64,000 bases of DNA from Octopus vulgaris (lineage: Eukaryota), in assembly GCA_951406725.2 (NCBI GenBank), contig OX597823.1, positions 87,916,001 through 87,980,000 of the forward strand, read 5' to 3'. Below, piece after piece: positions 14,865 through 28,500 of this stretch. A program made the translations under genes and the position numbers. The notes under the pieces are model-generated. The model was not told the origin of the DNA, searched no databases, and saw only the letters and a list, made by a program, of their open reading frames with translations. How positions within the stretch are numbered: position 1 is the first letter of the stretch; every line of letters begins with the position of its first letter.

Positions 14865-15050
14865 CGGTTTCAAATTTTGGAACAGGGTCAGATATTTCGG
14901 GGCAGATGCAATGTCGATTCTTCGAATCCCAGTGATCAGCACCCATTGACTCCCAAAAAATAAAAGCAAGTTTGAGCTCAACGGAATTTGAACTCACAGC
15001 GTAAACACAAACGAAATATCGTTAAGCATTGTTTCTCTCGTGTTAATTCG
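14865..15050 (-). mobile_element. SINE family A, old diverged copy
   Basis: ggtttcaaattttggaacagggtcag... and ggaatttgaactcacagcgtaa...ttaagcatt. Confidence 0.6.
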
Positions 15051-15472
15051 CTGATTTTAAGAATATCATAATCTCTCCTGGAGCGAGAACTAGCACTAAG
15101 AACAGTGAATTTCATTTCGTCATCTTGTCTCCTAGTCCAAAACTCGCAGCCAATACATTTTATTTTATCTTTTCTGGACAATGACTGGTCAATTAAAGTC
15201 AGATATTCTTTCTCTCCTAAGTGCCTGCGTTGTATCATTAGAAATCTATCATTAGAGATAACGATACATTTACAGTGTTGTTAACCTTAAATGTGATGAT
15301 TATTTCAGCTAAGGCTTTTTCAAGATTATGCGATACAAAAGTTGATTTCGTAACCAAGATACACCCGGATAGGTGTGTGAGTGTGTAATGACTGAAAAAC
15401 CTGTATGTATGTATGTATGTATGTATGTATGTATCTATCTATCTATCTCTATATATCCACTTGATGTGTATG

Positions 15473-15502
<30 letters not shown>

Positions 15503-15504
<2 letters not shown>

Positions 15505-15668
15505 AATTAAATTAGAGGTAAAACCACTCCCACTATTAGGCAACTGAAACTGAAGGAAAATATAAGTTGCCTAATAGTGTTTTTATCTCTAATTTAATTT
15601 ATATTTATACTGTGAAATTTGATTTAATTCTAAATCTAATTTTTCCCTGTAAGTTTGGATATACTCCC

Positions 15669-15718
<50 letters not shown>

Positions 15719-15770
15719 GAAATAAGGTACTCAGCAGATTTCTGTGTACCTTATTTTTTCTAATATATAA
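15503..15770. repeat. Two short hairpin elements separated by (TA)n
   Basis: aaattaaattagag...cactattaggcaact / agttgcctaatagtg...ctctaatttaattt, and tattagaagaaataaggtac / gtaccttattttttctaata. Confidence 0.8.
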
Positions 15771-15793
15771 TACCTGTACATCACCTCCAAACC

Positions 15794-15831
<38 letters not shown>

Positions 15832-16862
15832 ACACACACACACACATATATGCAGAGAGAGAGAGAGAGAGAGAGAGAAGAAATAGAAATTAATAAAGAT
15901 AGGTAGATAAATAGATGGAAAGAAAGAAGAAAGAAAATAAAGATGGAAAATATAAATTGAGTTGCAGCGAAGCCTCGTACATTGCTCCTCTACCTACTTG
16001 TGAAAGTCTGTTCATTAGCCTAACAATTCTTATTAAGATTATTAATTTTCCTATTACACTCAATCCTATATATATAATGTTATTACCGTTAGTCATCTAT
16101 TTGTCGTAATGAAGTTTATTCTTTGTTTTTCTCATAATATACATATATATTATTGATATAGATTTCGAATACTTTTGAATGCGACAGACTTCATTATCAA
16201 GTGACAATAACGTTAATATGAAGCATGTTTGAAATGTAGCTTTGCTTTTATCTGATAACACTATGACACTTTTGATAATTCTACACCAACAACGGAGGCT
16301 AATTTGACATTGAGCGTACTTTTCTTCTCCACAATGTGTTCTTCTTCTTCTGACTTTCCTATTCTTTATGAATATCATTGTGAAATATCTTCAGAAATAA
16401 AATATTCTTCAAATTACTCGAAATCAAATATACTTCAGTTGAAAAACAAAGAAAATTAAAATTTATTCAACTAGCAAATATATAAAAAATCTAATGTAGA
16501 TTGCTCATAGGCAGCAGTAGTTGTAGTAGTAGTTGTTGTGATATGATGATATAACCAATACATGGAGAAGGGGCAGCAACAAGAAGAATAAGAAGGGGAA
16601 GCGGAAGACGACGCAGAAGGAGACAAAGAATAAAAAGGAAGAAAAGACAAAGGAGAAATATACTACTACTAATAATAATAATGATAATATATGCCAGACA
16701 ATTTCATAATGTAAAATAAGAATCTAATATATACATATCATTTTTTTCGTAGTCTCAGCTTCGAGCTGTGGCCATGCTGGAGCACCACTGTTTTGCTACC
16801 CTGCTTTTATTGCGAGCGTCCTCTAATATGTGGCACTTGGTGAAGAACCGAATTTGATAAAC

Positions 16863-16900
<38 letters not shown>

Positions 16901-19069
16901 GCATATTATATATATATGTATGTATAAAAACGCGCATACATTCAAAAGTTTATTTCATTTTGCTTCTTTATTTCTACCCGTGCAGAACAAAATAACTCAC
17001 CTTTAAATATATGTGTATGTGCGCCTGTGTACATTTATGTATATATATATACATACACATATACACATAAGTCTGCGAAATCTCGAAGAAAATACAAAAC
17101 CGAAAATTTACATTAGTCGATATTTTTTCAACTGCAAGTTTATTTAAAGCGATAATGTTTCTGGTATTTACGTTTAAATTTATTTAATTTTACGCTATGT
17201 TCAGAACACATTAAACGAAAAGAAGTTTTTGAAAAATGTATTTATATATTTATATTTCTAATAGCACAAAATCACCATGATTTTCTGTTTTCTTTTTCGG
17301 AATTAATATTTCTAGAAAAACATGTGCATTAAAATCATACATAGAAATAAATTGCGAAAGACGATTCAACTAAAATCTTTACGTATTTACTCTCCGTCGA
17401 ATAGTTCTCCGACATATACGTTAGTTTCTTTTTGCTTGCACATGATTACACAACTAATCATATATTTATAGGTGACTGCAGCTCTTTGCCTTTCGTTTTA
17501 AATCAGTTGATCACGATTGTGTTTGATATTTACAGAATTTATTAACTTTTTCGGCTTCACTGATCGATTGACTGGAATATCTCTTGAAGCAGTTTTAGCG
17601 CTAGTGCTTACATGTTCAATATATATATATAAATACATATGTTTGTGCGTGTGTATGTATATAAACCTATTTATCTATACGTTTTGATACACACACACAC
17701 ATAAACGCACACACACTCATATATATATATGTACATATACTTTGTTTTTGTATCTGGTTTCAGATTTTCATTATGTGAATTCGTGTGTTGAAGTAAATTT
17801 TGTTGTGTCTGTGGAGAGTCGTATTGTCTTAATGCTTTATTGTCTAACACACTCACCGGTTCGATTTCCACTCATATTTTTTCGTCCAAAATCTTTCTTT
17901 GTTTTTGCAACCTTGTTAACTATATTCGTTAATGAAGTTGCGTTCTTTTCGACTGTCTGTGTGCTGTGTGTGCGTCAGCGTGCATGTTTGCTTGTGTATG
18001 CACACCTGTATATCATTATTCAGTTTTATTTCAAGATTTCTTGGCAATGGAGTAAGGGCCGGTTTCTAACCTAGATCCAAGGCATTGGAATTTCAACGGC
18101 AATAACAGGATATTTTTGTTTCTATGTGTACATGCATGTATATGTTCAGATTTGTATGTTTTGTTTTATGTATGTTTTCTCATGCATATACTTACATAGC
18201 TATACATGCTCATACGTATCTGATGAACTTCTGGAAAGTTTTACAGATTTTTACAGTTACAGAGATGGATATGTAATCTTCGAATTAGCTTATTACTTTC
18301 TGGTTTTGAGAAGACTAGTTTATCAAGATTGTTATTTAGGCAGTGTGTTACTTATCCTAGTGCCCTGATAATTACAGGTATGATCCTGAACTCGTGATCT
18401 GTATAGATTAACTGTAGATTTCTGAATCGCTGAGCGTGGGTATTCTCTTTTTCACTAGGTATTTATGTATGTATGTGAGTATGCATATATGTATGTATGA
18501 GTGTGTGTACGTATGTCTGTTTGTATGTATTTTGCATATTCATGTTTTTTTGTACGTTTATATGAACATGTGTGTGCGTGTATATTTGGGTATTACTTCT
18601 GTTTCCTTGTGCGTGCGTGTTTGTGTTTGTCTATATGTATGGGTTTGTGTGACTATGTACATGCGTCCGTTATGCGTGGATATCCATCTCCATATCTGTT
18701 TGTGTGTGGAGTGTGTGCATGTATATGGTCATGTGTTTCCGTCTCCTTTCTGTGTGTGTGTGTGCGTGTGTATGTGTGTGAGTGTTTGCGCGCTAGTCTG
18801 TCCGTGTTACTTATGTATCTATCTATCTACTTAAGTATGTATCCAACTGTATACCTACATACCAATTTACCTACTTATATGTACATATATATTTGCCTAC
18901 ATGACAGCCTACTAGCAAATGTACCTATGTATGTATCTTCTGCGGGTATTGGGGTATCACTACAGTCTACGTGTATTTCCTATTTAGTGCGGGGAACGTT
19001 TCATTTATGAGGCCTTACTCTTGTATCAAGAGAATTGCATGCGGTGCGCATGAGGCTCTCTGCATATTT

Positions 19070-19119
<50 letters not shown>

Positions 19120-19685
19120 AACAGGGAAAACGAGAGAGAGAAGAGGGAGAGAGGATGCCATACAAACAATCAGAGATTGGCACGTATAATCATATATTAA
19201 TAAAACGACAGCAGTTAAAGATTTGTAGGTATGTGGTATCTCGTTATGCAAACACAATATACTATAAGGAATACTAAATGTCTTCATAAGTCAATAACAC
19301 GTTCTATTGCATCAGCAGTACTCTTATATTTTTTTTATTAAAGTTATTTCTTGTTAAGCTTATTTCTACCGTTAATCTATAGAACTTATAGGCAAGACTG
19401 ATTTTTGATACAAGGTTGCGTATCGAACTGTCAGATGTAAACAGACAAAGTGATCGAAGACAAAAGTGGGTAAAATTGTCTTCGATCCAAGCTTCTATGC
19501 AACATCTCAGTGAATATTACATTGCATCAGTTCATTAGATTACGTAACTTAAAGTATGCATAACACGGGTGCACACACCGATAGATTGATCCAAAAATTC
19601 TGTTACCCTATCGCTGTTGTTCAAGATTGGTAATTATCTCCTTGTTAATACCTTCACACGCTTATCACTGTTTTAACCAGGCATA

Positions 19686-19746
19686 GATTGACCGGCTGTC
19701 GAATGACCAGCTGTCGATTGACCGACTGTCGACTGACCGGTTTTCC
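19686..19746. repeat. Four 15-bp tandem units, possibly a DNA-transposon subterminal array
   Basis: gattgaccggctgtc gaatgaccagctgtc gattgaccgactgtc gactgaccggttttcc. Confidence 0.7.
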
Positions 19747-20076
19747 TCTCGATGAAGTGAGGTTGCAATGAATTTAAAAAACGAAAATTTAAAACGGGTG
19801 CGGCAAAACATTTGCGGAAAATTATAAACTGTAAGCACCAGTGTATTTAAGTATTGGTATTTTATTTATTGATCCAGTAAAGAAAAAATGACAAACTTAT
19901 TAAGGCAGGGCCAAAACTCATAGTGCAGGGAGCCGCTAAAACACGCTATTAATTTAATCCAACGCTTTAAAACTGCCAAATATATGCACCCCGTATACAC
20001 ACACACTCTTATATAGAATATATACGCATGCATCAAGTCATGCGACTACTTATATACTAACATAAATATTTATACA

Positions 20077-20080
20077 TGTA

Positions 20081-20114
<34 letters not shown>

Positions 20115-20116
20115 TG

Positions 20117-20150
<34 letters not shown>

Positions 20151-20265
20151 TGTATGTATGTATGTATGTATGTATGTATATATGTATGTATGTATATATG
20201 TATGTGCAAGTATGTATGTATATGTGCATATATGTATGTACAGCTGCATATACATACATATATAT
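20077..20265. repeat. (TA)n/(TATG)n microsatellite
   Basis: Direct inspection; representative of dozens of similar tracts in the window. Confidence 0.95.
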
Positions 20266-21210
20266 GAGTGTGCCTGCTTGTGTAATATTTATATGTATGT
20301 GCGTGTATATATGTATGCTTACATACACACACACACACACGAATAAGCAAGCACGTGCATATATATATATATTCATGTATGTATATGCATAGTTATAAAT
20401 ACATATAACTGTACATACATAGACGCATATGTGCATATGTGTCTGTATGTGTTTGTGTGTGTGTTTGTGTGCGTGTGTGTGTGTGTGTGTGTTAGTATAG
20501 GCATTTTTGTTAAGCTAATCTGCAACGCTGTTTTTCACTCATCACATGTTATAATTTTATTAATGTTAATTTTTAGCCACTGTTTGATATCGATAAACAG
20601 CATGGTGTGAACTTCTTCAATCTAAAGCCATGCATGATATGTTATATAGTTGTGGTGTGACAGTGTGATTTTTACAATACGCTATTAAATAGTTTATCGC
20701 ATCGTTCAACTTCCAGCATACAGTTTTTCCAATCATTAGCTTGCATCATGTGCAATTACAACTATGTAGTATATATATATATATATATATATACATCTGC
20801 TTTCATTACAAGCGTTTTCTTTCAAGGCTCAATGATATGTAAGGGTACAGGAAAAATTGAGGGTAACTAAATGAAAGAACAAAGAGGTAAATCGTGTAAT
20901 TGGACATTTTAGGTGTAACAAGCCTAATATATTTGTGAATTTAAACAACACCGTAAGAATTACGACGTGTATTCTGAAATTTTATAGCACACTATATGAT
21001 CCGGTTCCCGCTACGCCGAGAGTTTCTCGTATCACAGTAGCGTTGACGTGGTTTGATGTTAACACACACCTTTGATGTGTTCAATACATTATTAAGAGGA
21101 AATACTGAATAAAAATATTCTACCAACATTAAACTTTGTTTAAATGGGATTCAAGGTATGCTTGTATTATAATTGTTATTTATAGAGGATATCGAAGCAT
21201 TCAAAATCAT

Positions 21211-21279
21211 GTGCAATATATATGTCCGTTTATAACTAAATACGTGCAATATATATGTCCGTTTATAACTAAATACGTG
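21211..21279. repeat. Perfect 33-bp tandem duplication
   Basis: gtgcaatatatatgtccgtttataactaaatac repeated twice, plus gtg. Confidence 0.95.
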
Positions 21280-22328
21280 GTTAGTGTCACATGAATGAAA
21301 ATGAATTTTACTACTAAACCATAGGGAATAGAAAACAAAATCCAAAGAGAAAAATAACATTTAAAAAGGGAACACAAAAGTATTGTCATAACATATAATA
21401 TAGGCACCTTTTACGTTAGATGATCTCGCGAAGTACAAATAAGGTATTTCGATCCAACGAATATATACCTATATACGCGTAAGTTTCTATATGCAACACG
21501 AAAGCGTACGCGTGCGTGTGTGTGTGTGTGTGTGTGTGCATGCGTATGGTATATGGTTATACCTACACAATCACACTTACATGTACATCTGTCTATCTAT
21601 CTATCTATCTATCTATGCATCTATCTATCTGTCTGTTTTTTCCCGATCCCTTTTGATCGGAATTTTACATTTGTTCCCTTTTTTTCCTTTTTCTTTTCCA
21701 TTTTCGAAAAGAAAAGCTCTACATTTGTATTTGTCCCCTTTGTGCTCAGCCCTGTGTGGCAAATAAAGAAAGTTATCTATCTATCTATCTAATCTATCCA
21801 GTAGTAAAAATGTTTTAAGCTCTTTAAGCTGAGTTCGATTTGAACTCGGACCCGTCCTCCTAAAATTCCTGGTAAGTACACACTCTCTATCTCTGCTTTT
21901 AGATGGGGTTGCTTCATCATCTGTGTGGTTGCCATGTTCCTTTTCTTGGTGTCCAGATTCCTAGTCTCATTTGATTCGACAACTATTAATAACGTTACAT
22001 CTGTTAGCCTCATTCAGATCATGTTTAGCACTAAACGTACTCTCTTGCAGTATTTTATATGGATCTGTATTTTAACTGAGTGTTATGTCATCATAACTTC
22101 ATTCATTACAACGTGTATTTAACTTCTTTATCTTGTTCCTTGATCGCACATTGAGTAGCAACCTTTATATTTGCAATCTTGCATTTATCAGTTAATTTCC
22201 TTGGGGTTTTATAGCACTCTCCTCGATTCGAAACTCCGGTGGTATTCCTATTATTATTATCATTACAATGATTTCAATAATTATCATTCTATTATGAACT
22301 TGAACATTATTATTATTATTATTATTAT

Positions 22329-22839
22329 TGAGTGAGGAATCATACCCATCATGACTACCCGTCTCATAAAGGTGCACCAGAAATGCATCACAATCATTTG
22401 TGCGCGACACGGTGATCTCATATCGAGATAAATAGCACATGACCTTGCAGGTGGGGCCCAGTTAGAATTTTCTTCAGGTTGAGTAGCCAATCCCACTTAA
22501 AAGGTCCCTGAATAAGGTTTGTTTACGGATAATGAACAAAACACCCATGTTTCCAAAGGTGAATTATTCAAACCCCAACGAATCCCTCCCAACACATGGC
22601 TATGATGCTCCCCCACTACTTCTGCTCGTGATCAGAGATGCACATATCGTCAGCCACTCAGGGACAGACATGCTCAACTGGTTACGGTCAAGCAATTGAC
22701 AAGCAAATCTGTGGTAATGAGCAGAATATTTGCTGTAGCCCATCTTTTATACCAAGACAAATCAATGTACATGATAACAGCTCCAATCAGTTAAGATAAG
22801 AAGCCATGAGAGCCACTGCCTGGTACTGCATCAGGGCAT
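22329..22839 (-). mobile_element. ~510-bp non-coding element embedded in (TAA)n, copy 1
   Basis: Reverse-complement match to 35101-35646; both ends flanked by (TTA)n. Confidence 0.85.
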
Positions 22840-22852
22840 ATTATTATTATTA

Positions 22853-22885
<33 letters not shown>

Positions 22886-23045
22886 GGGCAGCGACCTGGC
22901 AGAATCATTAGCACATCAGACGAAATGCTTTGACACTTTACGTTCCGAGTTCAAATTCTGCTGAGGTAGGTTTTGCCTTTCATTCTTTCGATCACGAACG
23001 AATAAGTATCAGTTGAATACTGCGGTCAATGTAATCGACTAGCTA
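22886..23045 (+). mobile_element. SINE family A, diverged and 3'-truncated
   Basis: gggcagcgacctggcagaatcattagcac...gagttcaaattctgctgagg...gtcaatgtaatcgact. Confidence 0.8.
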
Positions 23046-23083
23046 CCTCCAAGAATAGGACGAGGAGGAGAAGGAGGAGGAGG

Positions 23084-23115
<32 letters not shown>

Positions 23116-23789
23116 TAGTAGACTAACATGTTTGGCTCAGCAAATTGTAAAATTGTACCTGATGTTCAATTAATTACTTGGCAGTCTAATTGATGTAATT
23201 ATTTAACTAAATGGTTTAGTAAATACTTTAAAATATAAACGCCGTTACTTACTCAAGCATTGGGGAAAAAAACATGATACAATGTTTATATCGTTGCTTT
23301 GATTTATCCGTAATTACCAATAATTAATTTTCGTTTGATGATATGATCAATACATAAAATAAACAAGATTTACTTGAAATAGTTGCAAAGCTTACTAAAT
23401 GCGCGAATAATATATTATACAAAATTTCAATTTAAAATGACCTGTAATTTCAATGAAATCAATAACAAAATCTGTTTGCTTTTAATGATAGATGTCAGCA
23501 TAATATAATGAAACTTCGTATTGCAGGTTTTGTTTGCAGCAGCGGTTTAAACTTCTCTGTGTATTTATTGGGGAAATTAACTAATAGGACATATTTCAAT
23601 AAACTTACAGTAAAATGCCTAATTGAACAAAATTAACAAAATAATGACTGAAAATACACACAGGTACACATGCACCATACACACACACACACTTTTAAAT
23701 TATTTGTAACAGTATTATATAAGTTTTTGTTTTATTTAGTATGTCTGTCTGTCTATATGTAAATTATATATAGAATATATATATATATA

Positions 23790-24405
23790 ATGAGAGGATA
23801 AACAAATTAGATATATTATATTTCTTTATTGCCCACAATGGGCTAAACATAGAGGGGACAAACACGGACAGACAAACGGATTAAGTAGATTAGATTGACC
23901 CCAGTGCGTAACTAGAACATAATTTATCGACCCCGAAAGGAAGAAAGGCAAAGTCGACCTCGGCGGAATTTGAACTCAGAACGTAACGGCAGACGAAATA
24001 CCGCTTAAGCATTTCGCCCAGCATGCTAACTTTTCTGCCAGTTCGCCGCCATAATTTAGATATATTAAATATAACAGTTTGTGTATGAAATACAAAATAT
24101 GTATACATGCAAAACGAAAGAAAGCAAAATTTGGAGACTTTCAGATGATGAATATTTATGTATAAAGAAATGGATATTTATATTAATAGATCCAAAATAC
24201 TCAGAGTACAAACGACAGAGAAAATTAACTGTGTGTAATTTGGATCTATGAATATAAACATCTATATACTTATACTTAAATATTCATCGTCTGAATGTCT
24301 CCACACTTTGCTTTCTCTCGTTTTGCATCTATACATAAATACGTAATTTGTATTTCATTACTAAACTTATATTTAATAAGTATAATTTGCATAACCGTAT
24401 CCATA
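23790..24405. repeat. Foldback element with a SINE inserted in its left arm
   Basis: atgcaaaacgaaagaaagcaaa (24107) pairs with tttgctttctctcgttttgcat (24328). Pairing extends to 24065/24376 and continues left of the SINE (ggataaacaaattaga vs tataatttgcataacc). Confidence 0.85.
23819..24050 (-). mobile_element. SINE family A, full length, inserted into the arm of a foldback element
   Basis: Matches family A; TSD ttagatatatta at 23807-23818 and 24056-24067. Confidence 0.9.
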
Positions 24406-24489
24406 TCTGATTAACTTCGTAGCTCTTCTGATTCCATGTAAAAGGTTCGGAGTCTAAGTTTGTATTTTCTTCTTTTTTTCATCGTTTTT

Positions 24490-24685
24490 GTTTTATTGTT
24501 TCAGTCAATAGTCTGCAGCCATGCTGCGGCAAAGCTTAGGATTTTTACTGCGATAAATCGAATCCAGTACGTATTTCCTATCGGTCTCTTTTGCCGAACC
24601 GCTATGTTACAAGGATGTAAAGACACTAACACCGGTTGTCAAGCGGTGACGAGGAACAGACACAGACACACACATATATATATAC

Positions 24686-24735
<50 letters not shown>

Positions 24736-24885
24736 TATACGATGAGTTTCTTTCATTTTTCTTCTGCCAAATCCACTCATAAGGCCTTAGTCGGCCCGAG
24801 GCTATAGTTGAAAGCACTTGCCCAAGTTGCCACGTACTGAGACTGAACCCGTAACCATGTGGTTGGGAAGCAAGCTTCTCCCAAC
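24490..24885 (-). mobile_element. SINE family C (tRNA head, internal (TA)/(TG) microsatellite)
   Basis: ctgcagccatgctg...tatcggtctcttttgccgaaccgcta...(TA)n...gccaaatccactcataaggcctt...ggctatag...cttgcccaag...actgaacccgtaaccatgtggttgg. Confidence 0.8.
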
Positions 24886-24989
24886 ACTCCTGGAGACTTC
24901 CACTTAACCCGATCCACAAGACAGTCTGATAGTGAAATTAACAGCATGACACATCATGAGACATGGCGGGCACGACGTTAAATTACAAG

Positions 24990-25130
24990 TATACCTCAAG
25001 TTTTGCCACTTAAGCGAAGTGTAGCTACGTGAAATAAACTGCGCTGCTCAAGTCACAACACGCCGCCGGGACTCGAACACGCCATTGCAATCGGGAGCCA
25101 AACAACCCGACCACTAACATAGACGCCTTT
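24990..25130 (-). mobile_element. SINE family-B-type head fragment
   Basis: gtgaaataaactgcgctgctcaagtcacaacacgccgccgggactcgaac...accactaa. Confidence 0.6.
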
Positions 25131-25188
25131 AAACACACACACACATATATCTATACAAAATATATATATATATATGTGTGTGTGTGTA

Positions 25189-25244
<56 letters not shown>

Positions 25245-25249
25245 TCAAT

Positions 25250-25520
25250 CAGCTTCTTTCGGTTAGGCCTCATGAGCGAAGATTTAGAAACGAGAGAGAC
25301 TAGGTTTGTTGCAGACTTGATGATGATTTATACGATCCGGGAGAAAAGGACATGATCGCAAAAAGTGCGTAGCGATATGGACGGACCAGGGTTGATCATA
25401 GTATCCTTATTTTACCCTTTTCTTGTTTTCCTTTCTCTTGTCTGCAAGGGTGTTGTCTGACTTCAATGACACATCAAGATTTATTGTCAGCGCCAAGACC
25501 AGACTACTGTCAGTGATTAG
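25250..25520 (-). mobile_element. RTE-like LINE 3' terminus remnant
   Basis: Minus strand gives FCDHVLFSRIV (compare the C..C.R...SRIGL..H terminal finger) and ends aaatcttcgctcatgaggcctaaccgaaagaag. Confidence 0.45.
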
Positions 25521-25546
25521 TGTGCAAGCGTGTTTATGTGCTTCAA

Positions 25547-25577
<31 letters not shown>

Positions 25578-28500
25578 AAGGGAACAAAGAAAGAAAGCAG
25601 TCAGAAAATATGTGTTTTGCTAACTTAACATTTACCTACAACCAAAATTAAGGAGCAGATAGTCATGTTCGTCACTTAAAACAGTGCCTATCATAAGTTC
25701 GTGTTCCATACTATTCTTTTCATCTAACTTCAGAAAACCTTATTGCTTATAATATTTTGAAGCATTATTACATTTCTAAACATTCCATATACCAAAGTTG
25801 TGTCACAGATACTTAAATCAAATACAGTCTTCTAAATTACATTACGCCATCGCAGAAGTTTTACTCAGTAGGTAAATTTACTCTAGTTAAGATAGTCTTG
25901 GAAAGTTCTCTTGTTATCCATCCCACGATAATACCCAGGATCAACAACGTAATATTTCTCATGTACATGGACAATTGCTTCGTTTTAGAATATTGATCCT
26001 GCTAATTTACTACTACATAATTTATCGAACATAGTATATAATATATAAAAAGAAAAACGAGCAATTGTGCTATTTTGCATTTTCATATTCTATCATATTA
26101 TTGCCGTTATGCATACCATCAATTTAGCCTAGTCTCGGCAGCGTTTTATTTTTATTGTTTATAACTTTTTTGAATTACATCAACTGTTTTATTTCTGTTT
26201 ACATGTACGCATAAAATAACTGTAAAACTGAATTAAATTGATTAATTCTTTGCAAAATATTCATAAAATTCTTTGTCTAATGCCAAAAAAAATGACCATA
26301 ATTTTAAACTGGATATTCCTCATTCCGTACAACATTAGTCACAAAAAAAATTCAATTTACTGATAATATTAAAATTATACTAATATGGAAATAGGTGAAA
26401 ATTTTTGTTGTCTTTTTCTATATATTTAATATATTTTAATATACAATGATCACTGAATAAAATATAAGCATCTATTAAAATTGAAAATTCACAAAACTGC
26501 AAAACAAAAGTTAATATATTCCGAAAATTCAATTATAATGGTATTATATTCCAATTATTTTGTCTAAAGTATAACATGAAATTACATTATATTGAAATTA
26601 GATTTATGGGCATTAAATTATGTCGAAAATTGCACTCATGATCTTTAATAAAATAGAAATATCTTCGAGCTATTTATTTTTATTTATTGTCTTAGATGAG
26701 AATTACAAATGACTGACTTAATATGCTTCTGGTATCTCACTAAACTTAGATGCCAATATTTTATAACTGGTCACAGGCACCGTTAGGAACATGCAACCAT
26801 GCACATATATGGATGCATTTTCCTAAGTCTTTCTCTCTCTTTCTCGCTCTCTCCCTCTCTCTCTCTCTCTCTTTCTGTTTATCCGTTTGTGTGCTTATGT
26901 GTGTATGTGTAACTTTGTTGAGGAATTAGAATATACAGAGATGTCTCCCAATGCCTGGAAATGTTCCTCTTCCAAATCACTCTCGAAACATTACAATTAT
27001 ATAATTAAGAAGCAGTTGGATCCTAGAAATGAATGTCTGTTTCAAATATGGATGATGAACTGCAATGTGGCGTCTTATAGCTGTAGACTACATTCATGTG
27101 GAGGTAGTCTTTTTACTTCCGCTTTCTTTCTCACTCAGTCTCACTCTGTTTTCAGTTCTCTCTCTCTCCCTCTGTCTGTTACTCCTCCGCTGTCCCTCTC
27201 GCTTCTATCTCGCCTACTCTATTATTAAGTAACATGCTTCTGCAATATCTTTAAAAGCTGTCTTTGTCGAGTAATTTTCACTGATTTCGTAGCCCTGAAG
27301 ATGAATTAAATGGCAATTGACCAAGCTGGAATCGAACACGCCATAAAAAAAACATCAGAAACGAGGACTCTAGCGAATCCGACCGGAGAAAAAACAAAGA
27401 AATCTAAATCTTTAGAAGGTAATGACTATTTCTGTGTCCTTACATATAAAAACTTGAACTCATTTTAAATTTCTACTCCCCAAATAATGAATGCTTCATT
27501 TGATAGAAAAGGTTGTAACATTTTACTTTGCCCCATAAATGCAACAAATAAAGACATGATATAGTTTTAGCATACTTTCTCCCATCTCACTTAAATAAAT
27601 CACAAGCACAAGATTAACCATATTGGAAATAGTATGAATGTAGAAAGTCGGTCAGAAAGTATTATGGGACCAATGTTTCTGCAACGTATCAATTGAAATA
27701 GAAAATATCCCCTAGGCGTCTAAGTAGAATGCAAAATATTAAATTTAATTATAAAATACACGAAGAGATATTGTAATCTGTCTATGTTTACTTTCCAAAT
27801 TTGTTAATCAACAAAAAATGGTGAAACTAGTTCTGTAAACTTCGAGGTCAGAATGTTTTTAATATTATTTCTCACGAGAAACCTGAGGCTGTCTTAGGGT
27901 AAATAATTACTAGAGTAAAAGTACGGTATGTTATGACTGTAAGAAATTGTCCAGCGATGCAATTATGAAACTTTCTATAGTTAATGACAAAATAGCTTCG
28001 ATGCATTACCAATTTCAGTCTGTTTCAAAAATGCCACAGTTCTTTTTTACATTATATAACCTCACGAATTTGTAGCAGAAGCAAATTCTCTAAATGTAGA
28101 AAAACATCAGTTGTATCTCATATGAAAGTAAGAAGATATTTCAGAAAAGAGAAAAAAAAAACATACCAAGCTACAACTAAAGAAAGTAAACTCATAAAAG
28201 CTTGTTAGTTACGTTAGAAAATGCAAAACAGCAAAACTTCTAAGCAAGACCTTTAGGTCTATCTTCACGCTATAATAAATATCAACAACCTTCTATCAGA
28301 CGGGAGACTATGGATAAAATAACCGGGAGAAAATACAATACAGGAATAGTAAAGGCATATAATTCTAGAGACTAAGTTACTGAATGAAAATAAACTTCTT
28401 TAATCTATTTGAAAAACCACCAAGTATCTCAGACCATCCTGTCATGTTATAAAGAAACTTTACTATTTCTACAAATGATTTTTATCAAACAGAACTAATG

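Noticed and set aside
18215-18300. CTGATGA-containing module as a hammerhead
   Set aside because: No intact GAAA or helix III at a pairing-compatible position; at best a dead remnant.
19686-21279. Short direct repeats as a CRISPR-like array
   Set aside because: No unique spacers, no cas genes, and a eukaryotic context.
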